Origin: Candidatus Eiseniibacteriota bacterium
GTDB taxonomy: Bacteria > Eisenbacteria > RBG-16-71-46
Direction of reading: 5' to 3'
Assembly: GCA_044222065.1 (NCBI GenBank)
Contig: JBGAOA010000100.1
Span: 1 to 10,384, forward strand
DNA length: 10,384 bases
Every line of letters begins with the position of its first letter. Position 1 is the first letter of the stretch. Positions 1-5,425 of this stretch are shown here, piece by piece. The notes beneath the pieces are model-generated. The model was not told the origin of the DNA. It did not search any database and was given only the letters and a program-made list of their open reading frames with translations. Position numbers and translations under genes: made by a program.

Positions 1-49
1 CTCGGGGCGAAGGGCTGCTCCGCGATCGCGCGGGTCGAAGGACTGCTTC

Positions 50-201
50 GAGGGCGGGACGAACCGAGCAAGATGCCCTTTCGGGCACGCCGAGCCCGCG
101 CGGAGCCAGGACGGTGGAGCGCGGGCGAAACGTAGCGAGCCGGAGCAGGATGCGGAGGCGAGCGGCCAGGAAGGGCCTCTTGCTCGTCTCGCCCCGCCCT
201 C
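50..201 (+). repeat. Structured GGA-displaying element, copy 1 (70-nt core 94-163 inside a long closing stem); candidate ncRNA or REP-like element
   Basis: Core 94-163 is 65/70 identical to 8635-8704. Closing stem: GAGGGCGGG 50-58/193-201, CGAGCAAGA 65-73/178-186, GCCCTT 75-80/171-176. Intergenic location. Confidence 0.9.
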
Positions 202-240
202 CAGGTAGACTTTCGTCTCTCTCACGCGGCTCCGAGACGA

Positions 241-279
241 AACTCGCGCGGCACCGATGTGGAACTCGCGCGCCACCGA
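241..279. repeat. 17-bp direct repeat, 22-bp period
   Basis: AACTCGCGCGGCACCGA (241-257) and AACTCGCGCGCCACCGA (263-279), one mismatch. Confidence 0.7.
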
Positions 280-317
280 AACACGACGCGCGCGGCCCCG
301 GAGAGCCGCGCGCGTCG
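279..317 (-). terminator. Probable intrinsic terminator or 3' hairpin of the beta-barrel gene
   Basis: Perfect 13-bp stem CGACGCGCGCGGC (284-296)/GCCGCGCGCGTCG (305-317) with an 8-nt loop, about 20 nt past the stop at 339. Followed on the minus strand by a weak U tract, TGTTT. Confidence 0.6.
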
Positions 318-338
318 CGCGTCAGGTTCGCGGTTCGC

Positions 339-1040
339 TCACCAGTACCAGTTCAGGTTCAGCGACACGTTCGCGAAGTTCGCCGAGCGGCCCGGGCCCG
401 CGTTGATGTACGTGATCTCCGCCATCGGGCCGATGCCGAGACGCTTGCCCCAGCGCCACTCGTAACCGAGTCCGAGCGCCGCGGCGAAGCCGTCGTCGCT
501 GACTTCGTAGCGCAGCGTGTCCACGTAAGCGGGAACGACCGTCGCCGGCGAGTTCTGGAGCGCCGTGAAGCGGCTGCGCATCACGCCGCCGCCGGCCGCG
601 AACCGCACCCAGCCGCCCTTGAGCTTGCCCTGATCGGCGCGGATCGTGACGCTCGGCATGATGCCGCGGAACGTCCACGTCGAGCTGTCGGGCGCCGACT
701 CCCACTGGCTCATCTCGGCGCCGACCGAAACGTTCGGCTTCACGGCGTAGGTGAGGCGCACGTTCGCCGACGGACCGATCTCGCGATCGAACCGCTTGCC
801 TTCGACCTTCTGCTCGACGCTGCCCATTCCGTACGCGAAGCCGACGCTCCACGCCGACGGGGTCACGGGCGTCGTGGCCTTCTTCACGCTGTGGCGTTTC
901 TGCTTCTCGGGCTTCGGCGCTTCGGTGCCGGCCGCGGCCTTGTCGGTGGGGGCGGCCGGCTTGTCGTCGGCCGCGAAGGCCGTCGTCAACGCGAGGCCGA
1001 GGATGAGCGGCGCGACGGCCGCGAACGCGCGAAACCGCAT
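339..1040 (-). CDS. Outer-membrane beta-barrel protein (small, probably about 8 strands), 233 aa
   Basis: Sec signal peptide (MRFRAFAAVAPLILGLALTTAFA), then an A/P/K-rich linker. Alternating amphipathic strands follow (WSVGFAYG, VRLTYAV, VSVGAE, LGLGYEWRW), ending in an aromatic C-terminal strand VSLNLNWYW (BAM-type signal). GAGGAG RBS upstream. Confidence 0.88.
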   Translation of the reverse strand: MRFRAFAAVAPLILGLALTTAFAADDKPAAPTDKAAAGTEAPKPEKQKRHSVKKATTPVTPSAWSVGFAYGMGSVEQKVEGKRFDREIGPSANVRLTYAVKPNVSVGAEMSQWESAPDSSTWTFRGIMPSVTIRADQGKLKGGWVRFAAGGGVMRSRFTALQNSPATVVPAYVDTLRYEVSDDGFAAALGLGYEWRWGKRLGIGPMAEITYINAGPGRSANFANVSLNLNWYW

Positions 1041-1096
1041 GAACGATCTCCTCGAGGAATCCCGGATGGGCCCGGTGCGGATGGAACAGGCCGGGA

Positions 1097-1126
1097 ACCT
1101 TAGCGGTAGGGAGGGGGAAAGGACAA
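1097..1126 (-). promoter_or_regulatory. Putative sigma70-type promoter for the beta-barrel gene
   Basis: Minus strand TTGTCC (1126-1121)-N18-TAAGGT (1102-1097). Same GCTAAGGT -10 region as the promoter at 4045-4073. Confidence 0.5.
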
Positions 1127-1166
1127 ACGCGGGCGATTCTCCGGCGCGGTCCCGGCGTGCGCCCCT

Positions 1167-1919
1167 CTACCCCCCGAAACGCTCCTTGAGCCGCGCGGCC
1201 CACGTGCTCGTCGAGTCGTGCGCGAGGTATTGCGCGGCGGCGAGGCGCGCTTCGGCCTCGCGCTCGACCGCGGCGAGCAGCAGCGCGCGATCGTAGAGCG
1301 CCGCCGCGAACGCCGGCTGATCCGCGCGCACCGCGACGAGCTGACCGAGCGCGCGGAGCCGCAGCGCGCGCACTTCGCGCTCGTCCGTGCGCGTGAGCGC
1401 GTCGAGCGCGAGCGCCACGCCGTAGCCGAGGTGCGCCTCGGCGCAGTAGCCGGGCAGGATCAGCGCCTCCTCGTAGCGCCGCTCGGCGCGCGCGAGTTCG
1501 CCCTCGAACAGCAGCAGGTGCGCATCGAACGCCGCGAGGCGAGGGTCGAAGGGGCGCCGGTCGCGCGCTCGCGCAACCATGAGCCGCGCATCGAGCAGCC
1601 GCAGCCCGGCGCCGTCGTCGGCCGCTTCGGCGAACGAACCGACGAGCGCCGACGCGAAGCGCAGCTCGCCGGCGCTGAACGGCACGCGGCCCTCGAGCAG
1701 CGAATGCGCGGCGCGCACGTCCGCGTCGTCCGGCAGGCCGTCGTGCGACTGGCCGCGAACGAACAGCGACACGGTCGCCATGGTGCCGAGCCCGACGAGC
1801 ATCACGAGGAAGCCGAGGATCGGCAGCACGCGCCAGCGCAGGCGGCGGTCGAGATCGTCCGTCGGCGGGAGCGGCGACGCGTTCGCGGGGGCGGCGGGCG
1901 GCGTGTCGGGGCGCGACAT
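1167..1919 (-). CDS. Membrane-anchored TPR-like helical-repeat protein, about 250 aa
   Basis: Part of ORF 1167..2210, with the start placed at MSRPDTPP (ATG 1919). Sequence upstream is R/A-rich and overlaps the divergent gene. One TM helix (VLPILGFLVMLVGLGTMATVSLFV) is followed by TPR-like motifs (GELARAERRYEEALILPGYCAEAHLGYG; AAALYDRALLLAAVEREAEARLAAAQYLAHDSTSTWA). Confidence 0.78.
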   Translation of the reverse strand: MSRPDTPPAAPANASPLPPTDDLDRRLRWRVLPILGFLVMLVGLGTMATVSLFVRGQSHDGLPDDADVRAAHSLLEGRVPFSAGELRFASALVGSFAEAADDGAGLRLLDARLMVARARDRRPFDPRLAAFDAHLLLFEGELARAERRYEEALILPGYCAEAHLGYGVALALDALTRTDEREVRALRLRALGQLVAVRADQPAFAAALYDRALLLAAVEREAEARLAAAQYLAHDSTSTWAARLKERFGG

Positions 1920-2095
1920 GGGCCGGCACGTTAGCGAGCGGGCCGGGCGACCGCCAGCCCCGCGTGGTGCGGGTTGCCACGGCACTTCGCGCTGGAGCCC
2001 CGCGGGACCGCCGACTAGATTCGCCGCCGCGCGGATCATGGACTCGCGCCTCGGCCCGGCGAGCGGGCGAGTCGTATCGAAACGGAGGGATCGGA

Positions 2096-2971
2096 ATGCG
2101 CGCACGAGTTCGCGCCGGCACGCCGGGGCGCGCGGGACGGGGAACGCGATTCGCCGTGCTCGCGCTCGCGCTCGCCGGCGCCGTGGCGGGCTCGTGCGCC
2201 TCGCCGCCACGAAGTCCGGCTCCGAGTCCCGCGCTGCACGCCGTCGCCACCGCGAACGGGTACGAGCTGCCGCGGACCTCGCCCTCGGGCATGCTCCACG
2301 TCGTGTTCGAGAACCGCGACACGACGACGCACGAACTTATGTTCATCCGGCTCGCGCCCGGCATGACGGGCGACGCCTACGTCGCGGCGGTGCGGTCCGG
2401 CGCCGACTTCCCCGAGGGCGCGATCGATTGCTCCGGCATCGGGCTCACCGGCGCGGGCGAGCGCGCCGAGGCCTGGCTGCGTCTCGAGCCGGGCGAGTAC
2501 TTCCTCGCCTGCTGGTATCGCGGGCATCTCGAGCGCGCGCGCGTCCAGACGCTCGCCGTGACCGCGGACACGACCGTCGGCATCACGCCGCCGCCGGCCG
2601 ACGTGTCCGTGCGGCTCGCCGACTTCCAGTTCGACCTGCGCGACTCGGTCGCGAAGGGCGAGCGCGTGCTGAAGGTCGAGACGCTCGGGCCTTCGAAGCA
2701 CGAGATGGACATCTTCAGGCTCGAGGAGGGCAGGAGCCTCGCCGAACTGCGCGCGTGGATGCACGCGGGCAAGCGCGGACCGGGGCCCGCGACGCCCGTC
2801 GGCGGCGTGCTCGACAGCCACGACCTGGCCCGCGTCGTGTGGCTCAAGCGCGACTTCGCGCCGGGACGCTACGTCCTGTGGTGCGGCATGCCGATGGTGG
2901 ACAACGTCGAGATTCCGAACGGCCAGCACGCCGACGCCGGCATGGTGCGCGTCTTCGTCGTTCCGGAATGA
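2096..2971 (+). CDS. Lipoprotein with two tandem cupredoxin-like domains, about 291 aa
   Basis: GGAGGGA RBS at 2084-2090 before ATG 2096. Hydrophobic signal ends in lipobox-like AGSC. Internal duplication: HELMFIRL...LEPGEYFLACWYRGH and HEMDIFRL...FAPGRYVLWC-x14-HADAGM, matching the His...Cys-His-Met type-1 copper ligand pattern. Confidence 0.82.
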   Translation: MRARVRAGTPGRAGRGTRFAVLALALAGAVAGSCASPPRSPAPSPALHAVATANGYELPRTSPSGMLHVVFENRDTTTHELMFIRLAPGMTGDAYVAAVRSGADFPEGAIDCSGIGLTGAGERAEAWLRLEPGEYFLACWYRGHLERARVQTLAVTADTTVGITPPPADVSVRLADFQFDLRDSVAKGERVLKVETLGPSKHEMDIFRLEEGRSLAELRAWMHAGKRGPGPATPVGGVLDSHDLARVVWLKRDFAPGRYVLWCGMPMVDNVEIPNGQHADAGMVRVFVVPE

Positions 2972-2974
2972 CGG

Positions 2975-2994
2975 CGCCGCGCGATCGCGCGGCG
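2975..2994. terminator. Perfect 20-bp palindrome between convergent stops (possible bidirectional terminator hairpin)
   Basis: CGCCGCGCGATCGCGCGGCG fills most of the 25-bp gap between the gene ends at 2971 (+) and 2997 (-). No U tract. Confidence 0.45.
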
Positions 2995-2996
2995 AC

Positions 2997-3887
2997 TCAG
3001 ATGCTGCGGCCGTCTTCCGCCTTCGCGATCCAGTCCCGGCCCGAGTCGAGGCTGCGGCGCGCGTTCTGGAAGTGCCGCGTGCACTCGATCGCGTAAGGCG
3101 GACGTCCTCCGCCCGCGGCCGAGCCCGTGACCGCGCCGAGTTCGCCGAGCGCGCGCTGCGCGCTGTCCCACGCGAAGCGCACGCGGAGCGAGACGGTCGA
3201 ATCCGGAGCCTCGGGCAGCGATTCGCGGAGGCGCGCGACGTCGTCGTCCCAGTCCACCGCCCAGCTCTGCCACGACTCCCGCACGCCGTCGTCCACCGTG
3301 CCGTCCGGGTGCGGCTCGCCGAGCCGGCCCGTGTCCCCGACGCCGCGCTCGATCTGCCGATCGATCCGGTCGAGCACCGGACGGAGCCGCGCGACGACCC
3401 AGCGGTCACGTTCGGACAGCTCGATCCGCGGCTCCTCGGCCGGGGCGACCGGGTCGGCTTCGCTGAAGCGGAACCACGAGGCGTCGTCGAACAGGTTCGA
3501 GCGGATTCGCATCCAGTTCTGCCGCACGCGCGCGAGCTCCGCTCCGCCGAGGCTGCCGGGTCCGCGGCACATCGCGGCGAGCGTGCCGAGTTCGCGCGCG
3601 CTGAAACGCGCCATGTGGGAATCGCTGCCGGCGAGCAGCGCCTCGCGCATCTCGTCGACCGAGGCCGCGAGCCGGACGCGCTGCTCCAGCGACAGCGGGG
3701 CGGGCGCGAAGAGCTGCGCTTCCAGGTTCGTGATCGGGGCGCGGAACTGAGCCGAGGAGAACACCGATTCGTACTTCGCGACGCTCACGAGCCCTTCGGT
3801 CGTGTGGAGTCCGTGGCCGGCGAACGCCAGCGCCGCCAGCACGGCGGCGACGCCGAGCAGGATTCTCACTCGCAGCATGCGCAGCAT
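2997..3887 (-). CDS. Hypothetical exported or membrane-anchored alpha-helical protein, 296 aa
   Basis: GAGGAGGAG RBS at 3900-3892. N-terminal signal/TM segment (RVRILLGVAAVLAALAFAG). Normal globular composition; no family recognised. Confidence 0.75.
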   Translation of the reverse strand: MLRMLRVRILLGVAAVLAALAFAGHGLHTTEGLVSVAKYESVFSSAQFRAPITNLEAQLFAPAPLSLEQRVRLAASVDEMREALLAGSDSHMARFSARELGTLAAMCRGPGSLGGAELARVRQNWMRIRSNLFDDASWFRFSEADPVAPAEEPRIELSERDRWVVARLRPVLDRIDRQIERGVGDTGRLGEPHPDGTVDDGVRESWQSWAVDWDDDVARLRESLPEAPDSTVSLRVRFAWDSAQRALGELGAVTGSAAGGGRPPYAIECTRHFQNARRSLDSGRDWIAKAEDGRSI

Positions 3888-4044
3888 TCGGCTCCTCCTC
3901 GCGCGATCGGTGTGTGTGGACGAATCCGCTCGCGATCTCCGTCCTTATCGGGCGGCGCGACGCGGGATTTCACTCCGCGCCGCCCCGGCGCCGAGCGGCC
4001 CGCGCGCGGGCCCGCCGCGGGCGCGCGTGCGTGGCTCCAAATCG

Positions 4045-4073
4045 TTGTCGCCCTAAAGAGTTGTTGCTAAGGT
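4045..4073 (+). promoter_or_regulatory. Putative sigma70-type promoter of the nuclease/ATPase operon
   Basis: TTGTCG (4045-4050)-N17-TAAGGT (4068-4073) with extended -10 TG at 4065-4066, in an AT-rich patch about 80 nt upstream of ATG 4154. Confidence 0.6.
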
Positions 4074-4153
4074 GCCGATCCAACGCGCATTGCGCCGCGC
4101 GGAGACATCGCACTCCGCGGCGCGTTCGTTTCCGACCGGAGGCCCGTTCCCGC

Positions 4154-5425
4154 ATGGCCGTCGCGACGTTCATCCAGGTCTCCGACCTGCACCTCGGCCG
4201 TTCGTTCGGCTGGCTGCCTCCGGAACAGCGCGCCGAGCGCCGCGCGGACCAGCGGCGCGCGCTCGAACTCGTGGTGCGCGAGGCGATCGAGCGCGGCGCG
4301 CTCGCGATCCTCGTCCCGGGCGACCTGTTCGACGCCGAGGCCGTGGACGCCGACACGCTCGCGTTCGCCGTGAGCGCCTTCAACGTCGCCGGCTGTCCGC
4401 CCGTGTACATCACGCCCGGCAATCACGATCCGTGGACCGAGTCGAGCCACCTCTGGAGCCAGCGCCTGCTGCGCGCGCGCGGCTGGGGCTGGCCCGATCA
4501 CGTTCACGTGTTCACGACCGCGAACTGGTCGCCGAAGGACGTGCCCGGCGCCGAGGGCGTGCGCGTGTGGGGCCGCGTGTTCACGTCGAGCGTGGTCTCG
4601 ACGAATCGCCCGCTCGCCGAGGGCTCGATCATCCTGCCGTCGTCGGCGGACGCGACCGGCCTCGACATCGCCGTGTTCCACGGCTCGCTCGAGGACCGCT
4701 GCCCGCCGCACCAGAAGGTGACGGCGCCGTTCACCGAGAACGAAGTGAAGCACTCGCCGTTCGGCTACCACGCCGTCGGCCACTACCACCAGCGCATCGA
4801 GCTGACGCACAAGGCCGCGCAGGAGACGTCCACGTCGTCGCGCGGCAACAGCGGCGTCGCGTCCGCCGGCGTGCGGCTCGCGTACGCGGGCTCGGCGATC
4901 GCGCTCGACGCCACGGAGTCGGGCACGCACGGCGCGCTCGAAGTGCGCATCGAGTTTGGCAACCGCCAGCCGTTCATCGAGACCGAGCCGATCGAGCTCG
5001 ATCGCCGACAGGTCTACGAGGTGAAGGCCGACGTGAGCGGCGCTTCGAGCGCCGAGCAGGTGGACCGCCGCATCGGCCGCGCGATCAGCGAGGCCGGAGT
5101 GAGCGAGCGCGACATCGTCGTCGTGCGCGCGCGCGGCCGGCTCGTGAAGGGCGTGCGCTACGGCGCGCCGGGTTCCGACGTCACGTCGCGCTGCTTCCAC
5201 GTGAAGCTCGACCTGCGCGAGGTGCGACCCGACTACGACCTCGACGCCTACCGCCGCGACGAACCGGGCACGACCGAGGAGCGGTTCGCGAAGGCGCTGC
5301 TCGAGAAGCTCGACGCCGAGAAGGACCCGAACGAGCGCGCGCTGCTCGAGTCGGCGCTCTACTACGGCCTCGACGCGTTCCGGCTGCGCGAAGTGGTTCC
5401 GGCCTACGAGGAGCTGGGCGAATGA
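4154..5425 (+). CDS. yhaO: Mre11/SbcD-family metallophosphoesterase DNA nuclease (YhaO-like), 423 aa
   Basis: All five phosphoesterase motifs are present: SDLHLG, GDLFD, GNHD, FHG, GHYH, plus YAGS. The start MAVATFIQVSD fits the family N-terminus. The stop overlaps the next ATG (ATGA, 5422-5425). The symbol denotes family resemblance, not proven orthology. Confidence 0.93.
   Translation: MAVATFIQVSDLHLGRSFGWLPPEQRAERRADQRRALELVVREAIERGALAILVPGDLFDAEAVDADTLAFAVSAFNVAGCPPVYITPGNHDPWTESSHLWSQRLLRARGWGWPDHVHVFTTANWSPKDVPGAEGVRVWGRVFTSSVVSTNRPLAEGSIILPSSADATGLDIAVFHGSLEDRCPPHQKVTAPFTENEVKHSPFGYHAVGHYHQRIELTHKAAQETSTSSRGNSGVASAGVRLAYAGSAIALDATESGTHGALEVRIEFGNRQPFIETEPIELDRRQVYEVKADVSGASSAEQVDRRIGRAISEAGVSERDIVVVRARGRLVKGVRYGAPGSDVTSRCFHVKLDLREVRPDYDLDAYRRDEPGTTEERFAKALLEKLDAEKDPNERALLESALYYGLDAFRLREVVPAYEELGE

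Noticed and set aside
84..135. Hammerhead ribozyme in the repeat core (GA-stem-GAAAC resembles stem II plus GAAA)
   Set aside because: The required CUGANGA is absent (CACGCCGA or TACGTCGA instead), and no stem I/III with a UH cleavage site is evident.
4072..5421. N-terminal 450 aa of the 1411-aa ORF (possible nuclease-ATPase fusion or overlapping gene)
   Set aside because: Arg-rich off-frame shadow of the nuclease gene. The ATPase begins at the ATGA overlap at 5422 with a canonical N-terminus and a GAGGAG upstream.
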